A stretch of 64,000 nucleotides of DNA, taken from contig CBDCQT010000012.1 of NCBI GenBank assembly GCA_965220745.1, positions 4,661 to 68,660 of the forward strand, written 5' to 3'. The translations under genes and the position numbers were made by a program. This document shows, in pieces, positions 18,760 through 27,896 of the stretch. The notes below the pieces were generated by a model. The model was not told the DNA's origin. It searched no databases and saw only the letters and a list, made by a program, of their open reading frames with translations. The stretch comes from Alphaproteobacteria bacterium. GTDB lineage: Bacteria > Pseudomonadota > Alphaproteobacteria > UBA828. Each line of letters begins with the position of its first letter. Within the stretch, counting starts at the first letter, position 1.

Positions 18760-19629
18760 TCAGGTGCCCGCGCCATTCAGGAACGTGTCGATATCGGGGG
18801 TTCGATAGCCGTCGCAGGTCCACAGAACCGGAAAGTAGTTCTCGTCGATGGTGTTGTCGCCGAGCCGCTTGTAGCGGCTGTAGATGGAGCCGACACCTTG
18901 GCCCAAGCACTCAGGGACGTAGCGCGTGTCGCTTCGCATAGCGTGCAGCACGAGAGAGCGGCGGGGGACCGTCGCGGCGTTGTCGCCGGAGCCGTGCCAG
19001 GTCCAGCCGTGATGGAAGGAGCCGCCGCCCTTGGGCACCTCCACGTGGACGATTTCCGGCTCGACATCCTCCTTGGCAGCCGCCTTCTCCATGTACTTGC
19101 GGTAGTCCTTGGGGCCGTGGAACTCGCCTTCGGGGAGTGAGTGGTGCCACCGGTGCGATCCGCGCACGAACTCGAGCGTCCCTGCATCGGCCCTGGTGTC
19201 GTCGAGCGCCATCCAGCAGCTCAGCAACTCCGTCGGCTGAAACCAATGCAGATAGGCGTTGTCCTGGTGAAGAGCCAGCGGCCGTGTGCCGGGCGGCTTC
19301 CACAGCACGTTATCGACCATCAAGCGCGCGCCCGGCCAGCCGCCGAGTGTGGCGATCGCCTTGCCCAGGTCGGCCCTCATGACCACCGACGCGATCGTCC
19401 GATCCGCCTTCCATGCGTTGCAGATTTGCCGGGTCAGGGAAGGATCGCTCTCACCCTCCTGCCAGTTGACTTCGTCCGGCAGGACTCCGGTTTCGAATTC
19501 GCCGCGAAAGAGCTTTTCGTAGCGCTCGCTCACCGCCTCGACCGTCTCGTCATCGATCAGCCTGTCGACGACCAGAAAGCCGTCTTTGTTGAACTGGTCT
19601 ATCTGTGCCGGCGTGAGCTCGAATGCCAT
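18760..19629 (-). CDS. phytanoyl-CoA dioxygenase (PhyH) family Fe(II)/2-oxoglutarate oxygenase
   Basis: MAFELTPAQIDQFNKDGFLVVDRLI...LALHQDNAY (HxD)...GGGSFHHGWTWHGSGDN. Confidence 0.8.
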   Translation of the reverse strand: MAFELTPAQIDQFNKDGFLVVDRLIDDETVEAVSERYEKLFRGEFETGVLPDEVNWQEGESDPSLTRQICNAWKADRTIASVVMRADLGKAIATLGGWPGARLMVDNVLWKPPGTRPLALHQDNAYLHWFQPTELLSCWMALDDTRADAGTLEFVRGSHRWHHSLPEGEFHGPKDYRKYMEKAAAKEDVEPEIVHVEVPKGGGSFHHGWTWHGSGDNAATVPRRSLVLHAMRSDTRYVPECLGQGVGSIYSRYKRLGDNTIDENYFPVLWTCDGYRTPDIDTFLNGAGT

Positions 19630-19650
19630 TCGCGCTTTTCCTGCACCCCG

Positions 19651-21117
19651 CTAGGGCAAGCAGTCCAGATACATGTTCACATCCCAGTCGGAGACTTGCC
19701 AGATGAACTTGTTCCATTCGTCGCGCTTGTACCAATCGTAGACCCGGTAAAGGTCCCCAGGGAGGGCGGCCTTGACCACGCCGTCATCCGCCAGCGCGTC
19801 GAGCGCGTCGCGCAGCGTGGTGGGAATACGTTCGATCGCCTCGCCCGCGTTCAACAGATCCACGAAGTTCCGGTCTTCGGGCTCCCCAGGATCGATCCGG
19901 TTCCTGATGCCGTCGTCGATGGCCTTCAGCAGCGCCGCCTGCATCAGGTAGGGATTGACCATGCTGTCCACACAACGGAACTCGAGCCGGTCCGGGCTCG
20001 AAACGCGAATGGCGCAGGACCTGTTTTGCAGGCCCCACCCCGCGCCAACCGGTGCCCACAGGCCCGTGTCGTTCAGCCGCCGATAGGAGTTCACCGTAGA
20101 CGAGCCGATGGCGACCAAAGCGTTGAGGTGCACGAGCATGCCGCCCAGCGCGTGACGCCCGAGCTCCGAGGGCATCCAGGCGTGGTTCGAATTCTCGATC
20201 TCGTTGGTGCCGCCCCTGCGGTAGGTGAAGACGTCGTCCATCGCCGGCTGACCCTGGCGGCCGATCGATTGCACCGTGTCCTCGCCACCCCGCCAGAGCG
20301 AGAGGTTGTGGTGGCAGCCGTTGCCCGACAGGCTCATGTAGGGCTTGGACATGAACACCGCGATGAGCCCGCACTCGCGCGCCACCTGCGCGCATAGCTG
20401 GCGGTAGGTGGTCAGGCGGTCGCTGGTGCGCAACGCGTCGTCATACTGAAAGTTCATCTCGATCATGCCGGGCGCGTCCTCGTGATCCGCCTGGATCATG
20501 TCGAGGCCCATCGCCGTCCCGTACTCGTAGAGCTTCAGCCAGACCTCCTGGAGCTGCTCGAACTGATCGATGTGGTAGGCGTAGGGCTTGGTCGTCTCGT
20601 AATAGGGCTTCTCCCCGTCGCCCGGCTTCAGCCAAAGCATTTCGGGCTCGCAGCCCACACGCATATGCAAGCCGTCGTGATCCTGACGGAATGCGTCGTG
20701 GACGCGCCGCAGATTCCCGCGTGAATCCGAGTCAAGAAATTCCTCGGGACGGTCCGGATCCTCCCGGCTGAAAAACACGGTGCAGAAGACCCTGGCGACA
20801 CGTTTGTTCCAGGGAAGCTGGCAGAATGTTTCGGGGTCGGGGATGGCCAGAAGCTCGGAGGCATTCGGGGGAAACCCGATCAGGTTTCCGTCCCTGTCAG
20901 CGAAGACGTTGGTGATGCCGCCGATCCAGGTCTGCATCCCCTCTTGGGCCGCGCGCTCCCAGTGCTTGGCTGGGATCATCTTGCCCATGATGCGACCGGT
21001 GATCGAAATGTACTGGTAGTAAATCGCGTCGATTTCGAGCGCGTCGATCTTCTTGCGAACCTCGACGACCAACCCGTCGCGGGCGGGATCGTTTAAGTAG
21101 TCCTGCAGATCACTCAT
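19651..21117 (-). CDS. glutamine synthetase family protein (gamma-glutamyl-amine ligase-like)
   Basis: Start MSDLQDYLND. GS catalytic motifs GCEPEM, ADHEDAPGMIEMNF, SGNGCHHNLSLW, NSYRRL, NRSCAIRV. Confidence 0.8.
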   Translation of the reverse strand: MSDLQDYLNDPARDGLVVEVRKKIDALEIDAIYYQYISITGRIMGKMIPAKHWERAAQEGMQTWIGGITNVFADRDGNLIGFPPNASELLAIPDPETFCQLPWNKRVARVFCTVFFSREDPDRPEEFLDSDSRGNLRRVHDAFRQDHDGLHMRVGCEPEMLWLKPGDGEKPYYETTKPYAYHIDQFEQLQEVWLKLYEYGTAMGLDMIQADHEDAPGMIEMNFQYDDALRTSDRLTTYRQLCAQVARECGLIAVFMSKPYMSLSGNGCHHNLSLWRGGEDTVQSIGRQGQPAMDDVFTYRRGGTNEIENSNHAWMPSELGRHALGGMLVHLNALVAIGSSTVNSYRRLNDTGLWAPVGAGWGLQNRSCAIRVSSPDRLEFRCVDSMVNPYLMQAALLKAIDDGIRNRIDPGEPEDRNFVDLLNAGEAIERIPTTLRDALDALADDGVVKAALPGDLYRVYDWYKRDEWNKFIWQVSDWDVNMYLDCLP

Positions 21118-21131
21118 TATCGGTGCCGGCC

Positions 21132-22493
21132 CTAAACGACTTCGAGATATCGGGCGCGCTCGGCAGCACTGGTTTCGCGGGATAGAGCGGCCACCTCCTG
21201 GTGGCACGCTTCCACAAGATGCTGCACGAATGTCTCTCCCCAGATTTCGCTCGCGCGTTCAGAGCGGGCAAGACGGTCAACAGCTTCGAAGAGATCGTGG
21301 GGCAGCGCCGCGCCCCCGGCGACCGTAAGACCCGGGCCCCCGCCAGTCAATTCGGGGGGGAGTTCGGCATTGGAGTCGAGGCCCCAGAGCCCCGCACCCA
21401 GCACGAAGGCCAAGGCGAGGAACGGGTTGATGTCGGAGCCGGGAAGCCGATATTCGAGCCGGCATCGGTCCGTCGGTTGTGGGACCACGCGGACCGCGGC
21501 TGCATAGTTCTGCACCGCCCAGGATGCCGTCTTCGGCGCCCAATTCTGCGGTGCGTGACGGCGGTATGCATTGGCCGTGTGGTGGGTCAGCGGCATTGCT
21601 TCAGGTGCCAGGGCAGCCAGCCCCGCCACGAAAGACCGGAAGGTCCGGCTCATACCCTTTTCATCGGCTGGGTCGGGGAACAGGTCTTCGCCCGTTTCGC
21701 GGTCGGTCAACGACAAATGGATGTGGCCCGAGAGGCCCGGAAATTGACCGCCGAGCTGAGCCATGAACGACGCCGTTTTGCCCTGCCGCCGGCAATACGC
21801 CTTCGTCAGGAGCTTGAAAAACGCCGCATTGTCAGCGGCACGCAGCGGGTCGCCGTGACTGAGGGTTGCTTCGAAGCATCCCGGTCCAAGCTCTAGGCCG
21901 AGCGCCAACATGTCGATATCGCTCTGAACGAGTATCCGCTCCAGCTCCGTCACGAAATCCGCGTAAATCGCCGCACTCTCTCCGGCCCAACAACGGTTGT
22001 CCTTCGCAAATGTCTTGAGGGTCGAAAACCCCGATTCCCTCAAGGATTCTGCGTCATCGTCGAGCACCAGAAACTCGAACTCGAAGGCGGCTCGCACACC
22101 CAGACCCAGGTCGTCTGCCTTCGCCACCAAGTGTTCCAGCAAACGTCTTGGCGAGGTTTCGGCGGAGGGGCCGATGTAGTCGGCGACAAGGGCGCAAGCA
22201 TTGGGCTCGAAGGGGTAGGGACGGAGCGACGCGGGGTCGATCGCAATTGGCTCGCCGACAAACGGACCGGCACCGAACACCTGCTCTCCGGTATCCCATT
22301 CGTGCACGACGTTGACGAATGTTCCGCCTGGTCCGAATACCCTGGTGAGATCGGCTACCCTGACCCGGCGCTCACGGAAGGTGGCATTCAGGTCGAACAT
22401 ACCGACGTGCGCAACGTCGCAGGATTCGGCCATCAGCTTCTTTACCAAAGCAGTCAAGTCTTGAAATTCGAGGCCGCCAGCCTCACGCTCCAT
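21132..22493 (-). CDS. glutamine synthetase family protein (second, diverged paralog)
   Basis: AFEFEFLV, LELGPGCFEATL, LSGHIHLSL, NAYRRH, AAAVRV. These GS catalytic-domain motifs are present but more degenerate than in the neighbour. Confidence 0.8.
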   Translation of the reverse strand: MEREAGGLEFQDLTALVKKLMAESCDVAHVGMFDLNATFRERRVRVADLTRVFGPGGTFVNVVHEWDTGEQVFGAGPFVGEPIAIDPASLRPYPFEPNACALVADYIGPSAETSPRRLLEHLVAKADDLGLGVRAAFEFEFLVLDDDAESLRESGFSTLKTFAKDNRCWAGESAAIYADFVTELERILVQSDIDMLALGLELGPGCFEATLSHGDPLRAADNAAFFKLLTKAYCRRQGKTASFMAQLGGQFPGLSGHIHLSLTDRETGEDLFPDPADEKGMSRTFRSFVAGLAALAPEAMPLTHHTANAYRRHAPQNWAPKTASWAVQNYAAAVRVVPQPTDRCRLEYRLPGSDINPFLALAFVLGAGLWGLDSNAELPPELTGGGPGLTVAGGAALPHDLFEAVDRLARSERASEIWGETFVQHLVEACHQEVAALSRETSAAERARYLEVV

Positions 22494-22620
22494 TTTCGTT
22501 CCTCCGCATATTGGTTGCCGATCATCCTTCCCGCGCAGTATGTGAGCTCACAGGCAATGAGGCCTAGACGATACCGAGTCCGGTCGACTGGCCCCGAGGG
22601 AGCGAGCCAGTGCGAATGTT

Positions 22621-23046
22621 AGAGCATTCTTCGGCCACAGAGAATCTTTAGAATTTTCAATCGCTTGGATTTGTTACTTAGGATGCGGGCTGGTGAAGGA
22701 GGCCAACCTGCATGACACGACCTCTTTCGATTGATCTGCGCCGCCAAGTGGTGACGGCGGTGGTAGATGGCGACATGAGCCGCCGGAGCGCGGCGAAGCG
22801 GTTCGGCATCGAGCCGTCGACGGCGATCAAGTGGGTCGCAGCCTGGCGCCGCGCGGGCAGCTATCGCCCCAGAGCGCAAGGCGGCGACAGGCGCTCGCAG
22901 CGGATCGAGGCACGGACAGGGGTGGTCCTCTCGCTGGTGGACGAGACCCCGGACTTCACGCTTTCGGAGACCGTCGCCCATCTGGAAGACGAGCACGGTC
23001 TGCGGGTCTCACAGAGCACTATGTGGCACCTGTTCCTCCGCCGGGA
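22621..23046 (+). mobile_element. IS630-family element, 5' fragment only
   Basis: Begins TAGAGCATTCTTCGGCC..., alignable with the end of the complete copy at 31724. Similarity to the complete copy stops near 23045. Confidence 0.7.
22712..23046 (+). pseudogene. IS630-family transposase N-terminal (HTH) fragment
   Basis: [42 protein letters not shown]... is closely similar to the product of 31249..31632. The remainder of track ORF 22712..23137 is unrelated read-through. Confidence 0.7.
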
Positions 23047-23064
23047 TGTTTTTTGGCGCCCCAA

Positions 23065-23290
23065 TCAAAACACGACGCGCAGGCCCACGTTCACCAGGTG
23101 GTCGCTGCGGGAACCGTCGCCGGTGCGGCCTGAGTAGCCCAGGACAGCGCTCGCCTGCCCGCCGAGGCTCATCGTCGAGCGCTCGATGTCCACACCGGTT
23201 CTGCCCAGGTTCACCGCGCCGCTGAGCTGCAGCCCGCCTTGCCGCCAGGTTCCGTGCAGCGAGCCGACGGCCGTCTCGCTCTCGAGGCCG
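23065..23290 (-). pseudogene. C-terminal fragment of an outer-membrane beta-barrel/autotransporter-like gene
   Basis: The reverse frame ends ...AVLGYSGRTGDGSRSDHLVNVGLRVVF-stop, an alternating beta-strand pattern with terminal Phe typical of OMP C-termini. No N-terminal part is present. Confidence 0.4.
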
Positions 23291-24309
23291 GCAACCGCCA
23301 CCGCTCGAAGAGCGCGGCACCCTCGCTGTGGGCCCTGCTTGAGCGCCTCGACCGTGAGCACTGGCCGCGGCTTGTCCGGGGTGACAAGGACTGGGGGAGC
23401 GAGGGCACCATGGCGTCGTGCGAGGGGGCTGGCCTGGACTATCTGTTCAAGCTGCGCCTGACGCAGGGCGCGCGTCGCCTTGCGGAGCGCCTCATGGGGC
23501 GTGACGAGTGGGCGGACGCGGGCCAGGGCTGGTGGGGTATCGAGGCCGAGCTTCGCCTGCGGGGTTGGAGCCGGACGCGTCGCGTGGTGGTGCTGCGCCG
23601 GCGTCTTCCCGGAACGGTGGCGCTGACGCGTGTCGATGACGGCCAGGGCGATCTGTTCTGGGCCGACGCGCAGCCGGGCACCAAGGTGTGGGAGTTCGCG
23701 GTTCTGGCGACGTCGCTCGATCTTGAGGTCCGTTCGGTTGCCCAGCTCTACCGGGACCGGGCTGACGCGGAGAACGGCTTCGACGAGTTGAAGAACCAGT
23801 GGGGGTGGGGCGGCTTCACGACACGCGACCTGAAGTGCTGCCAACACATGGCCCGTCTGATCGCGCTGACCTACAACTGGTGGAGCCTGTTTGTGCGCTT
23901 GGCCGATCCCGATCATCACCGCGAGGCGATCACCAGTCGGCCGCTTCTGCTGCGCGGGATTGCGCGCCGGACCCAGCATGCTGGTCAGACGCGGCTGACG
24001 GTGACGTCGAGCCACGGGCGTCGGCGGATGGTGGTCGCAGCATTGCGGCGCATCACCGGCTTCTTCCGGAGCCTGATGCGAAGTGCGGAGCAGTTGAGCG
24101 CCGAGGATCGCTGGCGCCGCATCCTGGCGGAAGCGCTGAAGAAGTACCTGCGTGGCCGCCAGCCCGGCCGACAGCCCTGGCTGCCGCCGCCTCGACCCGC
24201 TCATACGCTCGTTCTCGCTAACGACCACGGGTGCCCGCTACGTCGGGCCGCCCGCCGAATACAACGGCCGATCCCGGTGCGGGGTAGCTCCCTGCACCCA
24301 GGTGAATAG
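23290..24309 (+). pseudogene. IS4-superfamily DDE transposase, N-terminally truncated
   Basis: ...LDYLFKLRLTQGARRL...VAQLYRDRADAENGFDELKNQWGWGGFTTRDLKCCQHMARLIALTYNWWSLFVRL... No plausible start or N-terminal DNA-binding region. The 5' boundary is approximate. Confidence 0.65.
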
Positions 24310-24409
24310 GCGGGGACCTCACACACCCGTGTGTCGTTAGCAACGGCCCGGCACCCGCCGGGTCGAGCGAACCGACGCGGAGGGTGTCATAATAATCAGA
24401 CATATTTCC

Positions 24410-24538
24410 ATGGTGGCGATCCTGTTGGTCGCCTTGTCGGCGTGCAAAGCCGTCACGCTTGTCAACGGCGGCGGGATTATGGGCCAGAGCGGCGGAGTGA
24501 AGATGTACCACGGTCTCGGCGGTAGCTTGTCCCCGTAG
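24410..24538 (+). CDS. possible 42-aa lipoprotein-like peptide
   Basis: MVAILLVALSACKAVTLVNGGGIMGQSGGVKMYHGLGGSLSP has a hydrophobic leader with an LSAC lipobox-like motif and is followed by a GC hairpin. It is below the ORF-track size cutoff and has no homology support. Confidence 0.25.
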   Translation: MVAILLVALSACKAVTLVNGGGIMGQSGGVKMYHGLGGSLSP

Positions 24539-24558
24539 TCCACGGGAGGGCCCCGCGC

Positions 24559-24575
24559 GGGGGCGCCGCGCCCCC
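24559..24575. terminator. GC-rich hairpin between convergent small ORFs
   Basis: GGGGGCG-CCG-CGCCCCC (7-bp stem, 3-nt loop) lies between the stops at 24538 (+) and 24585 (-). There is no clean U-tract. Confidence 0.3.
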
Positions 24576-24584
24576 AGCCGGACT

Positions 24585-24917
24585 TCAATTTGCGACCAGC
24601 CAGTCTTCGCTGGGTCCATGGCCCTTACGTTCTGCGGCCCTGTATTCGATTGTCAATCCAACGATTGCTTTATGTAGGGCATAAGCGGGATAGTCAGCAA
24701 AGGGTCGGCTGGTACGGTACTTCCCAGCCTGCAACGGCGTCTGAATTGCATGGCTCACAATAAACTCTGTTGTCTCGTCGGTCCCGAGCCGGCGCAGCGT
24801 GATGGTCACGGGTGTCTCCAGCGAGCCGATCCGAATGCGATAGCGTCCCGCGTCGTCATCCCGATCGATCACCGTGACCCGGTCGTCAGTGAGCGCGCTG
24901 TCAAACGTGTAGGCCAT
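24585..24917 (-). CDS. hypothetical protein
   Basis: The ATG at 24917 (MAYTFDSALTDDRVTVIDRDDDAGRYRIRIG...) has an AGAGGG RBS. The track start at 24983 is a TTG. No recognisable domain. Confidence 0.4.
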   Translation of the reverse strand: MAYTFDSALTDDRVTVIDRDDDAGRYRIRIGSLETPVTITLRRLGTDETTEFIVSHAIQTPLQAGKYRTSRPFADYPAYALHKAIVGLTIEYRAAERKGHGPSEDWLVAN

Positions 24918-25021
24918 TCGCTTCGCCCTCTTGTTCGTCGCTTGTATTGGCCAGCATCGGTTGCGTTGCGTCCGTTTAGCCAAGCAGGGATTTCATGTGT
25001 CGGCGGACGCTCTCCATCTCT

Positions 25022-25219
25022 TCATCGACATGCTTCTGGGGGGCAACTCCTTCCTGCCAGGTACTTGCGGAATTCTCTGTCCATTTCCTCCAACGAGACG
25101 CCCTCCTTGCGCAGCCTTTCCAACAACTCCCAAGCCCGTTCTTCGTCGGCCGAATGCCCCGCAAGAATGCCGTCCTCTGTTCCGAAACACCCTAGCACCC
25201 GGCTTTGCCACCCTGTCAT
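25022..25219 (-). CDS. hypothetical 65-aa protein (possibly frameshifted)
   Basis: MTGWQSRVLGCFGTEDGILAGHSADEERAWELLERLRKEGVSLEEMDREFRKYLAGRSCPPEACR. A C6 tract near the 3' end separates it from an alternative frame ending ...KHVDEEMESVRRHMKSLLG. Confidence 0.3.
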   Translation of the reverse strand: MTGWQSRVLGCFGTEDGILAGHSADEERAWELLERLRKEGVSLEEMDREFRKYLAGRSCPPEACR

Positions 25220-25421
25220 AGCTGAGGTGGTCCTGGAAAAATCGGACAGGTCGTTGTCGGCAGACTGTAGAGCACATTTTGAACTGGCTCCTTCGCTTAC
25301 GGGATTACCATCGAAATCGCGAAAGCGAGAGGCGGACAGGCGCCGGCCCGAACCGCAAAGGCGCGCGGGAACCCGACGGGGTCTCCGGCGCCAGCTTCGT
25401 GTTTCGCGCGCTGCCGAGACT

Positions 25422-25760
25422 CTACGATTGTGGCTCGACCTTGATCGGAGGGTTCCGCTCAATCCGTTTGAACTGGTCAAGAGACTCGGGCCAAAGGGGG
25501 CCGTACCGCCATTCACCGTATGCGTCGAAGATCGATTCCACCGCCTCATTGAGGCGATCAAAGGCCTTTCCGCAAACAAGGGGGCCAATGGCCGCGCCCC
25601 CTGCTGCGCCATACTTGGCTCCAACAGCGCTGCAGAAGCCTTGTGCTAAGGTCCTGCCTGCGTCCTGCGTTCCCTCGCCTAAATCGAAAGGATCGGCAGT
25701 CGCTGGAACTGACGCGGACACTACCGCCGCAAAGGCGACCATCGCCAAGACTTTCCTCAT
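25422..25760 (-). CDS. hypothetical secreted protein
   Basis: A GGAGG RBS precedes MRKVLAMVAFAAVVSASVPATA-DPF... (Sec signal with AxA-like cleavage site). No recognisable domain. Confidence 0.45.
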   Translation of the reverse strand: MRKVLAMVAFAAVVSASVPATADPFDLGEGTQDAGRTLAQGFCSAVGAKYGAAGGAAIGPLVCGKAFDRLNEAVESIFDAYGEWRYGPLWPESLDQFKRIERNPPIKVEPQS

Positions 25761-25874
25761 CTGCCGTTTCCTCCATCGCCACGTCGCGTTCAGCGGCAAT
25801 CATAGTTTGGGTGCAAAACCGCAGATTTCAAGCACCCGGCCACTGGAGCTCAGCGACTCCTCCAGCGTGTCCCG

Positions 25875-26051
25875 TCAGTGGCTCTGTACATGCGACGCCC
25901 CGTTTCCCTCCGGCGGGTCCCCGTCCCGGGTCATGTTGGCGATTACCGCATGAGTGTGGAGCTGCGGATCGAGGTTGCGGCTCGCGATGTGGCGGAACAG
26001 CGCCGCCACCATGCAGGGCGCCTTCACCCGCGGGCGCTTGCGGGTGTCGGG
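25875..26051 (-). pseudogene. fragment of a TrwC/TraA (MobF)-type conjugative relaxase
   Basis: The reverse frame reads ...MVAALFRHIASRNLDPQLHTHAVIANMTRDGD..., matching the relaxase histidine-triad motif (HxDxSRxxDPxLHTHxxxxN). Only ~45 aa is retained. Confidence 0.5.
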
Positions 26052-26052
26052 G

Positions 26053-26700
26053 TCACAGCCCCGGGTCGGGTCGGGCGATGATGGCCTTGCGCAATGCGGT
26101 CAGGAACTCGCGCTCGGTCTCGACCAGCGGGCGGTCGTCTGCGAAGAGCGGGCTCTTGGAGGCCAGGGCCACGATCATCTCGTTACCGAAGGGGGCGGAG
26201 ACCGTGAACCTGGCCCGCCCCTCCAGGCCGTCGCCGAACGTTAGCTGTGTTCGAGGCGGCAGGGTGGACAGCGTCAACGCGTCGGACTCCACCAGGTTGA
26301 CCACGTTGCTGTCCGCCTGGATGTAGGCGACGTGCAGGTAGCCCTGGAAATTCGCCATCGCCACGTCGAACGCGAGCGTGTCTTCGGCTTGATAGGACGA
26401 TTTTGGTAGCGAGATGGATGGCGTGCTCGGCTGCGCCAGGGGCTTCTCGACGGTCATCAATGCCTCGCACTGAGGCCAGGGACGGAGGGAGACCTCGACG
26501 TGCGCCTTCGACTTGGCCGCTACGTCTTGGATCTTGGCCAGATCCTCAGCGGTGCCGACGAAGCCACGACCACTTGTACTTCGCCGCGCTTCTCGATGGC
26601 GATGCGACCGCAGCCGATCTCCGGCAGAACCAGCTCGGGGACGACCGACGTAGGCGGCTCAGGCTTCGGTTTGGGCGGCTCGGGAGGCGGCTCAGGCGAT
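26053..26700 (-). pseudogene. frameshifted remnant of a DUF4384-like domain protein with Pro-rich linker
   Basis: Track ORF 26053..26460 contains ...FQGYLHVAYIQADSNVVNLVESD..., a DUF4384-like pattern. Upstream, in a different frame, ...SPEPPPEPPKPKPEPPTSVVPELVLPEIGCGRIAIEKRGEVQV... continues the same gene. No start codon. Confidence 0.4.
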
Positions 26701-26723
26701 ACCCTCGCCCGGGCAGCACGCCT

Positions 26724-27896
26724 TCAGGACGACGCTGCTGCTGGCGACTCGCCGCCCGCCATTGCGGCCTCGATGGCCTTTCCGATGCGCTCGGTGGCGG
26801 CCTGCAGGTCGCGGTCGCCGACATGGGCGTATCGCAGGGTCATTGTGGGGTTGGCGTGCCCGAGCATGCGCGCGACGGTGGACAGGGGAACGCCCCGGGC
26901 GACGGCCTGGCTGGCAACGGTATGCCTGAGATCGTGCAGGCGGACGTCGTCGAGACCGGCTTCCTTCCGCGCCCGGCTCCAGAGGTGAAGCGTGTCCGAA
27001 AGCGGTTTGTCAGGATGCGTCGGGGACGGGAACACGTAAGGGCTTGCGGCACGCGGCTGGCGGGCGAGGATGGCCTGCGCAACCTGACTCAACCGGACCC
27101 TTCGCGGCCCGGTCTTGGTGTTGGCGAGGTCGAGGCGGTCGCCGTCGACCTCCGACCATCGGAGCTTCAGGATCTCACCCACCCTGCAGCCGGTGAGCAG
27201 GAGCAGCCGGATGACGTCGGCCTGTTGCCGGCGGGAGGGCTGCTCCCCGACCAGCCGATCAAGGACGCGGTGGAGCCTTTCGATCTCTTCGGCGGAGAGG
27301 AAGCGGGTGAGTTTCGGACGGGGGTTCTTGGTGATGCCCTTGACGGGAGCGGTCCCGACATGGCCGGCGGCGAGGGCGGCGTTCATGATCTGGCTGATGA
27401 TTTCGAGCGCCTTGTTGGCTCCGCCCGGCGCGGTGCGGCTGTAGGCGTCGAACCACCGCTCGACGTCGATCCGCCGGATGGCGTCCAGCGGGAGGCGGCC
27501 GAAGGCGGGGATCAACTGCCGCCTAAGTACAAGGTCGGCGGATCGGCAGGACGACGGGGCGCAGCGGCGGCGGTACGCCGGCCACCACTCGACGAGAACG
27601 AAGTCGCGGAACAGGGGAGCGCGGGAACCTCCTTCCACCTTGCACGGGACGGTTCCCAGGCGGAGCGCCAGGGCTCCCTTCCGAGCGTCCTCGACGGTCA
27701 TGAGCGCAGTCGGGCCGATAGTCCTCCTGACCGGCTCTCCCTGGACGCGCCCGTGCCAGACGAAGCTGCGATGCCCGGACGGGCGCACCCGCACGCCGAG
27801 GCCGGGCACCTCGCTGTCCCACACTACGTATTCCGTCTTGCCCGGCTTCAACCTGCCGACGCCCGCGTCGGTCAGCCGGAGCCTCCGCCCCTTCAC
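26724..27896 (-). CDS. tyrosine recombinase/integrase, P4-like with DUF4102 arm domain (type B, copy 1)
   Basis: A GTG start overlaps the upstream stop (GTGA). VKGRRLRLTDAGVGRLKPGKTEYVVWDSEVPGLGVRVRPSGHRSFVW... and the catalytic ...LLLLTGCRVGE...HDLRHT...LGHANPTMTLRYAHV. Confidence 0.85.
   Translation of the reverse strand: MKGRRLRLTDAGVGRLKPGKTEYVVWDSEVPGLGVRVRPSGHRSFVWHGRVQGEPVRRTIGPTALMTVEDARKGALALRLGTVPCKVEGGSRAPLFRDFVLVEWWPAYRRRCAPSSCRSADLVLRRQLIPAFGRLPLDAIRRIDVERWFDAYSRTAPGGANKALEIISQIMNAALAAGHVGTAPVKGITKNPRPKLTRFLSAEEIERLHRVLDRLVGEQPSRRQQADVIRLLLLTGCRVGEILKLRWSEVDGDRLDLANTKTGPRRVRLSQVAQAILARQPRAASPYVFPSPTHPDKPLSDTLHLWSRARKEAGLDDVRLHDLRHTVASQAVARGVPLSTVARMLGHANPTMTLRYAHVGDRDLQAATERIGKAIEAAMAGGESPAAASS

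Noticed and set aside
24340-24385. tRNA-like T-arm (GTCG-GTTCGCT-CGAC on the minus strand) as a possible att or tRNA remnant near the mobile region
   Set aside because: Only a 4-bp stem with a 7-nt loop is present. No acceptor stem, CCA-proximal sequence or anticodon arm can be drawn, so it is indistinguishable from chance.
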